64,000 bases of DNA, taken from positions 1 to 64,000 of the IMG/VR virus record IMGVR_UViG_3300011223_000002; one strand, given 5' to 3'. This document shows, one piece after another, positions 1-10,896 of this stretch (position 1 is the first letter of the stretch; the number at the start of each line of letters is the position of its first letter). A program made the position numbers and the translations under genes. This stretch comes from an uncultured virus (IMG/VR IMGVR_UViG_3300011223_000002). Its lineage: Duplodnaviria; Heunggongvirae; Uroviricota; Caudoviricetes. Below the pieces are notes generated by a model. It did no database searches, was not told the origin of the DNA, and worked only from the letters and a program-made list of their open reading frames with translations.

Positions 1-3
1 TAC

Positions 4-3000
4 ATGCTGGCGGAAGTGGGTGGTCGTCAGTTGGGCGGTCTTAACCTGCTGAACATGTCGATCAACCGCACCAACCAGTTGGTCGAACAAACCCTGCATT
101 ACCAGCAAACGGTGCAACGCCGTAACGACGCCCTGCAATTGAACATCGCAGCGCGGCAGTACCTGGTCAGCTCCAAGTACTACAAGTTCCAAGAGGCTGC
201 GCAGCATCGTGTCATTGGCGAACTGAGGAAGATTGCCGAGAGCTCTGCTAAGAGTGACTACGAGAAAACCAGCCATTCGCAAGCCATGCGAAAGAGCATC
301 CGTGAGGGGGTGTTCAATACCGTTAAGGGTCAGTTTGGCGGTATTCGCGAATACCTGACCGAACGCTTTGGTAAGGACGCTCGCGGTGACGCTATAAGCG
401 ATGCCAGTGGGTTGATTGGCGCCATGCGCATGGCTGCCGAGATGACCCAAGGTCAGCCGATGAATTACGGCGACATGCTCGGCAAGGCGGCGGCAAGCAT
501 CTTTATCGCCAACGTCCCTCGCATGGCAAAGTCGAAAAAGGGCAAGGAGTACCTTAAACGGTTCACCGACAAGTTCCCTGAACAAGCGCAGTGGGCGACT
601 GATGCCTACGAACGCCTTCGCGACTTGGGTAACGTGGCGTCGTACAACCTTGGCAACATGGAAGGCATGGTCAACACCATGGCTGACTTCTACCAAGGCG
701 ACTTCGGACTTAACGAAGTTGATTACGATGAGTATGTCGCGTCCCTGCCTGCCGATCAAACCCCCATGGGCAAGATCGAATGGACTTTGTTGACCAACGC
801 CAAAAAAGCGGCTAATGCCGGGACGGGCGCTGTACTGGGCGAGATGTACAGAAGTACTGGGACTACGTACCACCTGAAACGGCGTACATTGGCGGACGGC
901 TGGGAAGTCACCCCTTGGAATAAACGTTCAGACCGCACCCTGAATGAAACCATTCCCGAGTGGTTGAGTCACATCCACTTGTCGATTGAAAAGTTGCGCA
1001 CCGGCAAGGATGATCTCGAAGCGAGTCGCTATGACCACGTTCGGGGTAAACTGGTTTCCCATGACCAGGCCATGGCGGATACCTTTAATCGCACGATTGA
1101 CGGTTCCACATTCCGTTCGCAGGCTGACAGTGCTTTGCGGATGGTGGACAAACTCGACACCAAGGGTGAGTTGTCCGCCGAAGCGCGGCAAGAGTTGGCG
1201 ATGCAGTTTATCGACCACTCCGACAAGAAGAAAGGAATCAGTCCCTACTCCTACATGGATTTGGAGCGTAAGGGCGCAAGTAAGGAAAATGCTGAAGCTA
1301 TTCGCAAGGTGTTCCAGCGGCAGTTCGACATCACGGATGACGATTACGTCCAGTTTGTCCAAGGGACAGACGTTGACAGGGCCCGCCGGCTGGCTTACCT
1401 GCCGAGTGAAGAAGCTCGGAAGAAGGCGGCTGACCTTGTTGATGACGCTAACCTGCTGAGTCGTTTTGGCCAGGACATGTCGACTAACTTGGACAACCTC
1501 CGCGGGTCCGGTTATTACGACCTAATGGTCAAGGCGGGACTGATCAAGTCTGAGAACGGCAATGACTCCGGTAATGCGGAATTGTTCCGTTCAGTGTTGC
1601 GTGAATTTGTGGCGGACCCTGACAAGAAGACTGCTCGTGTCAATCCGACGCCTTCTGCCCCTCTGCCGACACGCGGGAACCCGTTCGCACCACCAACGCC
1701 ACCGACCCCCACTCCAGCTCCTGCTCCTATCCCTCCTGCTCCGGTACCGAGACTGGAACCCACCGAATTCGAAAGAACCAGTTGGGAGACCCTGTTCAAG
1801 GTATTGGACGCTATCAAGGAGAACACAGGGCGTACGCAAGGCGGCAACCCTGTTCCTCCATCGATGTCGGTCGATTTCTCACCTTTGATGGACCGGTACA
1901 ACGAACTGGCAGGCGAGAGCAACAAGCACCTGCTTGACCTTGTAGCGCAAGGTGGTCTCCGTAACGAAATCTTGACCAAGTTGCTTGACGGGCAGGTTCG
2001 TTACTTTGCAGAAAGGAAAGAGGCAACGAAGGAGAAGAAAGAGGGCAGTGCTTCGCCATCCGACGTCGATCCTGAAGTGGAGGAGCAAAAACGTTCCCTG
2101 TTGGACCGTCTAAAGGAAACCTCCTTCAAGGACATGTTCAACAAGGGCATGGATAAGCTGCTTGATCATCAACCCCTGGTCCTGGGTGGATTGCTGGGTG
2201 GTATCGCCGGGATGGCGATCTATAACCCTAAAGCGGCAGCCTTGGTAGGAGGCGGGTTCGCAGCTGCAACACTGTACGGCAAACTGCGTGGTATGGCGGT
2301 AGCGCGTGAAGCTGAGGACAGCCAAGACCTGTACGAAGAAGGCTCGACCATTCCTCTGTTGGAAGCCTTCAAGTTGAAGAATGGCGAATACTGGGATGTC
2401 TTGTCTGAGCGCGTTATTCGTAGCTGGCAGGAGATCAAGGGTAGCGTCAAGGACATGGCTACTGGCGCGGTGATCGGTGCGAAGCGTCTGGCAGGCAAGT
2501 TGTTTACGCAGGATAACAAAGAGGTCTTCATTAAAGGTCTCAGTAAACTCCGCGAAGCCCTGATCAAAACGTTTAAATGGATCGATCCCATTGGACGCCT
2601 TTCAGCAGCCGGCAACAAACTGAGCACGCGCTTCTACCAGATGGACGTCTACCGAGAAGGTGACAAAGATCCAGTGCTGCTGGGAAGTCGATTTGGTAAG
2701 GGTGAGTATTTTGGTCGTGATGCTGAAGGCAACTTCGTTCAGCTGAATGGCTGGAATGAGATCAAGGGCGCTGTCTACGATCGGCAAGGCAACATGCTGA
2801 TCACCGAGGAAGACTTTGAGCGCGGTCTGAAAACGTCCATGGGGACCAGCATCACCAAGCTTGGCAGTGCCGTGGGTAAAGCCAAGGACTGGGGGTTGGA
2901 CTTACTGGGCAAGCTCAAAGAGAAAGCCTCTCCTGCAGCACGAGCGGCTGCAGATAAAACCAAGGCGGCGTTCACGGCAGATTATTCACCCATCGTAAGC

Positions 3001-6000
3001 TCGGTCGACCGGATCTACGAGCTCTTGCTGAAACATTGGGGGTATGGTGATCCTGTCTTCGAAAACAACCCCTTCACACCTCCTAACCCAGCTGCCGCTC
3101 CTCGCAATGAGGAGGAACACCTGCAGGATATCCAGAACAAGGGCGCTGCTAAAGAAGAGGCAGCCAACAAGCTCAACCTGGATGAACAGCTGAGTGCAAA
3201 ACGACCTGACCTCGGTCGTCGCTTGAAAGAGCAACGTGAAGCGTTCGAGAAGAAGCTCAAGGAGAAAGAAGAGCAAACCAAACGCACACCTGAAGGGGAT
3301 GCGGCTCGCTTGAATTCCTTGGCGGATCAGGCTCAGCAGAAACGTGAGGAGAAGAACAACCGCGTTAAAGATGCAATCATTTCGATTGCTGAAAACTTTG
3401 GCTTCGGTAAAACTGACGACGAGTTGAAGAAAGAGAACCGAGGTGGTTTGTTTGGCTTGCTGGGTGGGATTCGAGCAGGCTTCGGTAAACTCAAGGATTG
3501 GCTGACAGGCGGATTCATCGCCAAAGGTTTCCAAACCCTCTTCTCGTTTGCAACAGCAGGACTCAAATGGCTCCCCATGATCGGGACCGGCGTCTTGGCG
3601 GTTGGCAAGGGATTGATGACGCTGCTCAGAACTCGCAGCATCGGATCGGCGGCCGGTGATTTCATGGATACCATTCGTCGCCGACGCGGTGGGGGTGGTA
3701 ATCCACCTCGTCCTGGCAATCGTTTCCTGAGAGGCGCCAAAGTTGCAGGCGCTGGTATGGCTGTCGCAGCAGGTGCGAGCGCACTCACCGACTGGGGGAT
3801 TATTGATCCTGATAGTGGGATGGGAACCGCCCTGAATGTCGCGGGGACTGCTGCCAGTGTAGTGGGTGGTGTGCAAATGACCGCCGCAACCCTTTCGGCG
3901 CTCGGGATGACAGGGTTGAGCACTGCTCTGGGAGCAGCAGGGTCCACTGTCCTATCGGGCCTAACAGCGGCAGGCACTGCGGGAGCAGCCCTGTTGTTCA
4001 ACCCAATCACTCTGGGTATTGGTGCTGCTGGTCTGGCTGCGTATGGGATATATAAGCTGGCCACTTGGAATAAAGGACGGCAACTTGAGATCCGTATGAC
4101 CCAATACGGTCTGTCCAAGCCCGATGGTGAGCTGTGCGACAAGATCCTCAAAGCAGAGGCAGTGCTGACGGAGTACGTGGTAATTGGTAACGGCCGTGCG
4201 TCATTGTCTAAGTCGGCGCCGCTTGAGCAGGTCCTCCAGTTGTTTACGGTTAATCCCAAAGACCGTGAGGAGATTGGTGAAGTCTTTACTTGGTTCAATG
4301 GTCGCTTCAAACCTGTCTTTATGACGTACATGGCTTGCCTGGACGTTGTCAAGATGAAGACCTTGAAAGAGTACGATGAATCCTCTGACCAAAAGGTCTA
4401 CCAGGTCGCTAAACAAGCTCACGCCGCGATCAGCGCCTTGATGCCTTACCCGTACGCCGTGGTGGCGAACATTGACAAGGACAATCCACTACTGGATGAA
4501 AAGGTCACGGTAATTCGTGTCAACAATCTGCTTGAACAGTTGAAGAAGTATGTCTCTGCAGATGACGTGACCAAGGGTGGTAAGAACCTCTTTGCAGTTG
4601 AGACACCGGTAGGACAGAGCGCAGAAACGCTTATCCGCGAGCAGAAGGCCTTGGAAACCAAGCTTCAGAATCCTGACACCAAGTGGAAGGACATGGGAGC
4701 TAAGTACAAGGCAGAGAACCGGTTGAAAGAGGTGAGCGCCGAAATCAACCGATTGAACACGGCTTACAAAGCGGGTTCAGCGGTGAGTCTGGTCTTCATC
4801 AAGGATCTGATGCCTGATGGCAAGGCCATGGATGTCCTGACCGCCATCCGGGTAGCGGCGTACGGTAACGAGGATGACATCCCGTGGCGCGTCGAAGCTG
4901 TTCTGAAGTTAGAACGGTATTGCGAGCCGCTGTTCACGGCAGAGGGGGACCGGATGAAGTTCACTGGCGACATTGGTGAACTCTTTACTCGGTTCAAGGA
5001 CGCGTTCCGTGTAGGGGATGGGATGGCGGAGAACTGGTGCCGTTGGTGCCGTGACCGCTTCCTGCCGGTGTTGACCAACTACATGACGCTGATCCGTCAG
5101 TATCGCCGCGGGTTACCGGGTGCTGTGTGGAAGACTCTGTCAACCACTGCGCGTTATGAGATTGCCAAAGGGTTAGTGGAAACCCAGGCCGCGATCACCA
5201 GTGCCTTCGTTGTCCCGATCTGGAATGTCCGTGCGTCTCCCTTTGCGGATTCGAAGTCCCCCGGCAAACCAGACAAGGTCGATCGACTGCTCAACATCTT
5301 GGGTGAGGCAGCTACCGAGAGTCGTTTACGTGACCCTGAAAAGGAAGCAGGGAAAACCAGTGCTCAAAACTGGGCGAAGACGATCTCGCCGCACAAGGTA
5401 GGGGGCGACTTTACTGAGAAGCAGCCAAACGTCGAATTGCCTGACAAGTACAGGAACCGTCGTGACCAAGCCACCGGTGGCCAATACGGCACCATGGGCG
5501 GGAATCCGGGTACGTTGCGGAACAGCGAGGGTGCCTACACCACGCCGCCAAACCAGTACGGGTACAAGCCTGTTTCGGGGGATACAGATACTAGCCACCT
5601 TGACATGACCGGGCTTAAAACCAATGACGGTAATGACAACGGTGTAACGGTCCCGAAACAACTGGCAGAGCAATTGGTGATTCGCGAGATGTTGAAACAG
5701 GGGTTCACGGACCCTCGACAGATCGCGGAGATGCTGGCCTTAACCAACTATGAAACGGGCGGTTATTCGAAAACCACGGAGAACATGAAGTACTCCAGCC
5801 CGGAGCAACTGGTCAAGTTGTTTAAGGAAGTCACCAACATCAGCCAGGCCCGTGAGCTGGTGAATGCGGGTGAAGTGGCGATTGCCAACACGGTGTACGG
5901 GGGTGATAAGGGACGGTCGATCGGTAACACTCAACCGGGTGACGGGTGGAAGTATCGGGGGCGTGGGTTTGTTCAATTGACAGGTCGTGAAAATTACCGG

Positions 6001-7419
6001 AACATTGGTAATCAACTCGGCATTGACTTGGAAAACAAACCTGAGTTGGCCAGCACCGATCCAAACGTCATGGCGGCGATTGCCGTTAACTTCTTCAAGA
6101 ACTCTAAACAGATGCAGTCGATCAGCCAGGATGGTGATTTCGGCAAGGCAGCTGTGGGGCTCAATGGCGGTAAGCCGTTGCCGGGTATGGATAAGCGGTA
6201 TTCCCTCTACCTGAGTTACTTGAAACAGTTGGAAAGCGGTCAGCTCCAAGCCAATGATCGGAACATCACGGATAACGTAGGTTCACAAACGGGGACTGAC
6301 CTGTATGGAACCAGTGGTGGGTCAGGTGCCGGTACTCCTATGGGAACCCCTGGGTTCGCTGGACCTACCATGGGTGGTAATAACGGCAGTGGTGTATCGG
6401 CCTATGGGACTCAGCCGGGTATCAATCCACCGTCGACTGGTGATGGCACTGACTTCATCAGCAACACGGGTAGTGCGGGCTCTGGGCTTCGTCTGAAGTC
6501 AGATGAGACTGTTGCCGGTGGAGGCCATCATCCAGGCTTGGACAAGTTGATGCGGGTTATTCAGAGTCGTGTACCTGGCTTTGTGTACTTCTCTGCCATC
6601 AACGACGCCTACCATGTTGACCGCGGTTCTAAGGGCGGACACCCTAAAGGGCTGGCTTGCGACTTCACCTTGACCAATGGGGTTGCGGGTTCCGATCGAG
6701 CTTGTTCGATTGTCACGGAAATCCTGCGTTCTGCAGGGATGGCCCCGAATGAGTTCTTGGTGTTGAACGAGTACCGTCGCAAGACGGCATTGGGAACGGG
6801 CGGGCATGTGCACGTCGGCTTTAAGTCGAACGCAGCCGCCGATAAGTACTTTAACGCGATGGGCGGGAATGAGCAAGGGAACGGGCAGGACACCACTGAT
6901 GCGGGTGGCGGTCCGGTTCAAGCACGTCCTACGCCACCCCCACAAGCGCCGGAAGCACCAGCGGTTCCCGAGCTGATTCTACCACAACCGGTTAATCCGA
7001 TTGGTAACGTCCCTCAGGAAGCGCCGAATCCGCAGCGCAGTCGCTACGCCCCGTTGCAACCTTCACTGAACCAAGTCAAGCAACAGTTCCAGGACGACAT
7101 CAGTGAGAAGGGCGAGCCTGACAACGATAGGGTTGTTGAACCTAGTCGTAGTCCAACGCGTTCGGTTCCCAATACGCCAACTACCCTCGTGCGCAGTGCG
7201 GAAGAGATCAAGGAAGATCAGCGTCGATTCGAGGTACAGCAGCAACTTGAAGCGGAGAAGATGTCCCAACTGCTTGAGCTGGCTAAAGTCGTAGCAGGTA
7301 TGGGAAGTCAAGGCGCCGACACCAACAAGTTGCTGGCGGGCATCCTGCAACAAATCACTGCAATGAATCAAGCCTCCAGTCAGCGACCAGGACCGGAAGG
7401 ATTGGTTGACATGCGGTAA
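4..7419 (+). CDS. Giant tape-measure-like virion protein with C-terminal GH19 muramidase and M15-like Zn peptidase domains (phiKZ gp181-type position); probably 5'-truncated by the window edge
   Basis: 2471 aa or more. Helical/coiled-coil body and an Ala/Gly-rich hydrophobic stretch (~3730-4070). GH19 motifs ETGGY..ENMKYS and DGWKYRGRGFVQLTGRENY (~5670-6240). H-x6-D (HPKGLACD, 6640) plus HVH (6805). Frame is open to base 1. Confidence 0.8.
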   Translation: MLAEVGGRQLGGLNLLNMSINRTNQLVEQTLHYQQTVQRRNDALQLNIAARQYLVSSKYYKFQEAAQHRVIGELRKIAESSAKSDYEKTSHSQAMRKSIREGVFNTVKGQFGGIREYLTERFGKDARGDAISDASGLIGAMRMAAEMTQGQPMNYGDMLGKAAASIFIANVPRMAKSKKGKEYLKRFTDKFPEQAQWATDAYERLRDLGNVASYNLGNMEGMVNTMADFYQGDFGLNEVDYDEYVASLPADQTPMGKIEWTLLTNAKKAANAGTGAVLGEMYRSTGTTYHLKRRTLADGWEVTPWNKRSDRTLNETIPEWLSHIHLSIEKLRTGKDDLEASRYDHVRGKLVSHDQAMADTFNRTIDGSTFRSQADSALRMVDKLDTKGELSAEARQELAMQFIDHSDKKKGISPYSYMDLERKGASKENAEAIRKVFQRQFDITDDDYVQFVQGTDVDRARRLAYLPSEEARKKAADLVDDANLLSRFGQDMSTNLDNLRGSGYYDLMVKAGLIKSENGNDSGNAELFRSVLREFVADPDKKTARVNPTPSAPLPTRGNPFAPPTPPTPTPAPAPIPPAPVPRLEPTEFERTSWETLFKVLDAIKENTGRTQGGNPVPPSMSVDFSPLMDRYNELAGESNKHLLDLVAQGGLRNEILTKLLDGQVRYFAERKEATKEKKEGSASPSDVDPEVEEQKRSLLDRLKETSFKDMFNKGMDKLLDHQPLVLGGLLGGIAGMAIYNPKAAALVGGGFAAATLYGKLRGMAVAREAEDSQDLYEEGSTIPLLEAFKLKNGEYWDVLSERVIRSWQEIKGSVKDMATGAVIGAKRLAGKLFTQDNKEVFIKGLSKLREALIKTFKWIDPIGRLSAAGNKLSTRFYQMDVYREGDKDPVLLGSRFGKGEYFGRDAEGNFVQLNGWNEIKGAVYDRQGNMLITEEDFERGLKTSMGTSITKLGSAVGKAKDWGLDLLGKLKEKASPAARAAADKTKAAFTADYSPIVSSVDRIYELLLKHWGYGDPVFENNPFTPPNPAAAPRNEEEHLQDIQNKGAAKEEAANKLNLDEQLSAKRPDLGRRLKEQREAFEKKLKEKEEQTKRTPEGDAARLNSLADQAQQKREEKNNRVKDAIISIAENFGFGKTDDELKKENRGGLFGLLGGIRAGFGKLKDWLTGGFIAKGFQTLFSFATAGLKWLPMIGTGVLAVGKGLMTLLRTRSIGSAAGDFMDTIRRRRGGGGNPPRPGNRFLRGAKVAGAGMAVAAGASALTDWGIIDPDSGMGTALNVAGTAASVVGGVQMTAATLSALGMTGLSTALGAAGSTVLSGLTAAGTAGAALLFNPITLGIGAAGLAAYGIYKLATWNKGRQLEIRMTQYGLSKPDGELCDKILKAEAVLTEYVVIGNGRASLSKSAPLEQVLQLFTVNPKDREEIGEVFTWFNGRFKPVFMTYMACLDVVKMKTLKEYDESSDQKVYQVAKQAHAAISALMPYPYAVVANIDKDNPLLDEKVTVIRVNNLLEQLKKYVSADDVTKGGKNLFAVETPVGQSAETLIREQKALETKLQNPDTKWKDMGAKYKAENRLKEVSAEINRLNTAYKAGSAVSLVFIKDLMPDGKAMDVLTAIRVAAYGNEDDIPWRVEAVLKLERYCEPLFTAEGDRMKFTGDIGELFTRFKDAFRVGDGMAENWCRWCRDRFLPVLTNYMTLIRQYRRGLPGAVWKTLSTTARYEIAKGLVETQAAITSAFVVPIWNVRASPFADSKSPGKPDKVDRLLNILGEAATESRLRDPEKEAGKTSAQNWAKTISPHKVGGDFTEKQPNVELPDKYRNRRDQATGGQYGTMGGNPGTLRNSEGAYTTPPNQYGYKPVSGDTDTSHLDMTGLKTNDGNDNGVTVPKQLAEQLVIREMLKQGFTDPRQIAEMLALTNYETGGYSKTTENMKYSSPEQLVKLFKEVTNISQARELVNAGEVAIANTVYGGDKGRSIGNTQPGDGWKYRGRGFVQLTGRENYRNIGNQLGIDLENKPELASTDPNVMAAIAVNFFKNSKQMQSISQDGDFGKAAVGLNGGKPLPGMDKRYSLYLSYLKQLESGQLQANDRNITDNVGSQTGTDLYGTSGGSGAGTPMGTPGFAGPTMGGNNGSGVSAYGTQPGINPPSTGDGTDFISNTGSAGSGLRLKSDETVAGGGHHPGLDKLMRVIQSRVPGFVYFSAINDAYHVDRGSKGGHPKGLACDFTLTNGVAGSDRACSIVTEILRSAGMAPNEFLVLNEYRRKTALGTGGHVHVGFKSNAAADKYFNAMGGNEQGNGQDTTDAGGGPVQARPTPPPQAPEAPAVPELILPQPVNPIGNVPQEAPNPQRSRYAPLQPSLNQVKQQFQDDISEKGEPDNDRVVEPSRSPTRSVPNTPTTLVRSAEEIKEDQRRFEVQQQLEAEKMSQLLELAKVVAGMGSQGADTNKLLAGILQQITAMNQASSQRPGPEGLVDMR

Positions 7420-7424
7420 CCGAT

Positions 7425-7455
7425 AGAGGGGGTGGGAGCACCCCCTTTCTTTTTC
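7425..7455 (+). terminator. Rho-independent terminator
   Basis: GGGGGTG-ggag-CACCCCC followed by a T-rich tract right after the stop codon. Confidence 0.7.
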
Positions 7456-7473
7456 TAACCACGCGAGGCTTAC

Positions 7474-9660
7474 ATGGCTCAGATAACAACGCGCGATCGG
7501 GATATCATGACGAAGTCATTTCGTCTGCTAAACCGAAGCCTCCCCCCAAGTGAGTCACTGGACATCCTCAACTGGGGTCTGTACTTCAATGTCTTCAGTA
7601 GCGCAACGGGTGATAACCGTTACGTGAACCCTATTCCTCAGTGGAGTCCGGCCACGGACCCCCGATACGGTCGCCTCATGGAAACCCCTGAAGGTGGCTT
7701 TGGTGCTATGTACAAACTCATGTACGAGGATAATGTCACCTTGCTGACATTGACCCCGGGCACCGCCCAGTTCGCTGGGTTGCTGAGTTTCATCACCAAC
7801 ATGTTCTCTCCAGCCGCTGCCATTATCGCCAACAAAGGTCGAGCGCCAGGCGTAGCCTTTTACTTAGGTCAGGCCTACGGCGCCACTGCCTTCTGGCCGA
7901 TGCAGCTGCTGAGCATCAGTACTCAGTTCTTGGCGTTCTTGATGGACTCGCCTCGTCACGAGTTCTGGACTGTCAAACCTGCCATGGGCGCGTACACCAT
8001 GGCTGCCAACGGTGTCTTGAATGACATGTTGGTCAAGCTGAACTACATCGATCCTCTCCTCCCTAAACGGGATCAAGAGCAAACCGACCCCCTCCACGGC
8101 CTCAAACCCGATTACGACAACAGCAACGTCTTGCGTGACCTGAGTTCGCTTGTTCCTGATGCTGTCAACGCTGACGGTACCGTAGACCTGGTTCGCTGGA
8201 TTACCAAAGGGGTTCGTAAACACCGAGTCATGTTGAAACGACTCGCCGAGATGGACCGTGACACTTCCTTGACAACGGCTGAACGTAAGCTAGAACGCGC
8301 GCAGCAAATCATCGAGGAGATCACCTTCGACCAGTCCGTCACCGCAGGTAACCCGTCTCAAGACTTTGTGGCGGCTGAAATGAACTCGGTCGGGAAATAC
8401 CGAGGGGATGATGAAGGTAACTACTCTGAACAAGACAGTGCCTACCTATCCGAAAGTGCTTACCTCAACGTCTACAACAAAGGCGAAGGGGTAGAGAACG
8501 TCGGGAGTGCGGTGTCGAGTGATGGCAGAACCTTCAGCTCGGTACGTGAAGCAGCCATGGTCAGTATGTCAGATGCAACAAGCTATGGCACGCAACCTAC
8601 GCCGCCGTTTAATCCTAACGAACGTGCGCAGCGTCCCGCAGGTGTTACGCCCTCGAATGCAGGGAGTTCCTCCACGCCTGATCAGATCTATTACGAAGAC
8701 AATCGCCAGGACAGGACGTGGGCGGGTGATGTCTTTGACTTGGTCAACACGGCGGTCAATGGCGGGCTTGATGCCATTACCTTCAGGGTTGAGGGTGGTA
8801 CGGGTCCTGTCACTGACAGTTTCAGTAACACCAGCGCACGTTCCCCAATGGCAGAAAAACTCAATGGGGTGGTGCGTCAAGCGAATGACCTTCGTTTTGA
8901 CTTTGCAAGTGGTAACACGGGCATTGACGTCATTGATGGCATTGTTAACACCGTCAAGGAAGGCGCGGTGGGGCTGTTGTCGGGTTCAGTGATTGGGAAC
9001 ATTCCGTTGGCGATCCTGGGTAACTCGTTTATCAAGATCCCGAACCACTGGGCTGAATCGGGTGCGCAGCTGCACAGCGAGTCTTACGAAATCGTAGGGC
9101 GTTGCAATTACGCGCACCCGTATGAGTTCATTACCAAGATCTGGGTATTGTTCTCCTTGTGCCTCCCTTTGGTGGCAGGGTTCAGTGCAGGCGGTGCAGC
9201 GTCGACCACCCCGTTCTATGTGAAAGCCTTCTGTAAATCTCGGCAGATCATTCGCCACGGCTTGGTGAGCCGAATGGACTTTAAGTTCGGTGATGGTGAT
9301 AACGGGTGGACCAAGGACCGTAAGCCCCTGAACATCTCGATCAGCCTGCAGATTGAAGACCTTGCTCCTTGGGTCTCGATCCCGATTGACCGTTCGATGT
9401 CGTTGTTTGACTTGACTAACCCGGCCAACGCACTGTCAAGGATATTGAGCGATGATTCAGGGTACAACAACTTCACTTCACGGGCTGCTGGTATGGACTA
9501 CCTGGACACTGTGTTGAAGTGGTCTCGGTTTAACCGCGGTCTTACCATGGCGGCCAACGACATGGCGCGAACCTTCAGTGCAGATAACGTGGCATCGAAG
9601 ATCAACGACAGCATCATTGGTGACCTCATGCGAATCACCACAAAACCCGTCGCCCGATAA
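7474..9660 (+). CDS. Virion structural (tail/baseplate) protein, phiKZ gp182-like position
   Basis: 728 aa with GAGG RBS, directly after the tape-measure-like gene as in phiKZ-like phages. Family assignment rests on synteny only. Confidence 0.55.
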   Translation: MAQITTRDRDIMTKSFRLLNRSLPPSESLDILNWGLYFNVFSSATGDNRYVNPIPQWSPATDPRYGRLMETPEGGFGAMYKLMYEDNVTLLTLTPGTAQFAGLLSFITNMFSPAAAIIANKGRAPGVAFYLGQAYGATAFWPMQLLSISTQFLAFLMDSPRHEFWTVKPAMGAYTMAANGVLNDMLVKLNYIDPLLPKRDQEQTDPLHGLKPDYDNSNVLRDLSSLVPDAVNADGTVDLVRWITKGVRKHRVMLKRLAEMDRDTSLTTAERKLERAQQIIEEITFDQSVTAGNPSQDFVAAEMNSVGKYRGDDEGNYSEQDSAYLSESAYLNVYNKGEGVENVGSAVSSDGRTFSSVREAAMVSMSDATSYGTQPTPPFNPNERAQRPAGVTPSNAGSSSTPDQIYYEDNRQDRTWAGDVFDLVNTAVNGGLDAITFRVEGGTGPVTDSFSNTSARSPMAEKLNGVVRQANDLRFDFASGNTGIDVIDGIVNTVKEGAVGLLSGSVIGNIPLAILGNSFIKIPNHWAESGAQLHSESYEIVGRCNYAHPYEFITKIWVLFSLCLPLVAGFSAGGAASTTPFYVKAFCKSRQIIRHGLVSRMDFKFGDGDNGWTKDRKPLNISISLQIEDLAPWVSIPIDRSMSLFDLTNPANALSRILSDDSGYNNFTSRAAGMDYLDTVLKWSRFNRGLTMAANDMARTFSADNVASKINDSIIGDLMRITTKPVAR

Positions 9661-9663
9661 GGC

Positions 9664-9712
9664 AAAAAAAAATACCTCATCCCTCCAGACCCCTAAAGGT
9701 CTGGAGGGTGGG
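9664..9712. terminator. Terminator between convergent genes
   Basis: A9 run then CCCTCCAGACC-cctaaa-GGTCTGGAGGG. Confidence 0.75.
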
Positions 9713-9714
9713 TG

Positions 9715-10827
9715 TTATGTGATTTGGATAGGCGGTGACTCAAATGCCCCGTTCAATACCAATGAGGCGCTCTCCCGTTTGAACAGACCTGCTGCACAAA
9801 GAAACGGAATGAGGTAGTCCACGGGGAGCAGTAACGTCTTCATATCAGGACTGACGTCGCTCACCAACCCCAAATTGTAGGCGGACCCAAAGCCGGTGTT
9901 GACCTTGTACCAGTCCTTACCCCCGATTGTTTCAAGAATAATCAGCAACTTGTCCCGTAAGGCGGGATAGTCTTCTGGGTGAAGATCCTTGGCGAATGAG
10001 AAGTTAGAGAACAACTTCTCAATGAAGTCAGGGTACTTGTTCAGTAGGACGTTCTTACCTTCTGTGTTGAGTCTATTGAGGACGTCGTTGATGCTTTCGA
10101 TATCGCCATTGTCAATCATGACTTGCATGGCTTCAATGAAGGCGTCTTGGCGTAATGCAGGATAAGGGTATTTGTCCCACAACCCGCCGTAACTGTCGCG
10201 CATGCCGAACAGAGCGGAGTTATAGATGATGGTGTTGTAAAGCGACGTTTGCACGGTAAGGTCGATATACTCATCGACATCTGTAATGTCACGCACCATG
10301 TCCATGGTAGCCTGACCCATCTGGGTCCGCCAATTTCGATTAACGGAAAACCCACCGAGACTGCCATCGGCATTGCGCACCTGAATCAACCCGGTAAGGT
10401 TTAACCCGGTGAGTCGATTGATCTCAGCCCCAAGCTTTTCAGCGATGAGGTTCTGCACACCGGCCTTGCCCCAGACGTTGAACCCGAGCTGGCTGCCTGC
10501 AGCTGTGATGAGCGCGTCGGTGTCTAACCGCACTCCGTTCCCATCAACCCGAATAGCCCGAGTGATGGCCTTGGTATTCAGCAACCCACCCGAGACAGCA
10601 CCAATGATTCCGTCCAGGGATTCGACAATCTGCGATTTATAGGCCGTGATGTTTTCTTTAAGCGAAGTGTCGCTGGGGTTCTTTAATGCCAGGCCCTCTT
10701 CCAACCGTGCTGCCGTCTGGTCGATAGGGGTGAGCGTGTTGCTACGCACCTCGCGCATGGAGCTGTTAGTACGGTTCTTAAAGGCGTCCAATGCAGGACC
10801 CAAGCTAAACCCATCAAGTAGTCCCAT
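9715..10827 (-). CDS. Probable virion structural protein (conserved jumbo-phage hypothetical)
   Basis: Long ORF. Start refined to MGLLDG (ATG 10827) with GGAG upstream. Confidence 0.55.
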   Translation of the reverse strand: MGLLDGFSLGPALDAFKNRTNSSMREVRSNTLTPIDQTAARLEEGLALKNPSDTSLKENITAYKSQIVESLDGIIGAVSGGLLNTKAITRAIRVDGNGVRLDTDALITAAGSQLGFNVWGKAGVQNLIAEKLGAEINRLTGLNLTGLIQVRNADGSLGGFSVNRNWRTQMGQATMDMVRDITDVDEYIDLTVQTSLYNTIIYNSALFGMRDSYGGLWDKYPYPALRQDAFIEAMQVMIDNGDIESINDVLNRLNTEGKNVLLNKYPDFIEKLFSNFSFAKDLHPEDYPALRDKLLIILETIGGKDWYKVNTGFGSAYNLGLVSDVSPDMKTLLLPVDYLIPFLCAAGLFKRESASLVLNGAFESPPIQIT

Positions 10828-10896
10828 AAGGATAACTCCAAAAACAAAAATAAAAAGGACTGTCACAGGTGAGCCGAAGCCCACCTGCGTACAGCA

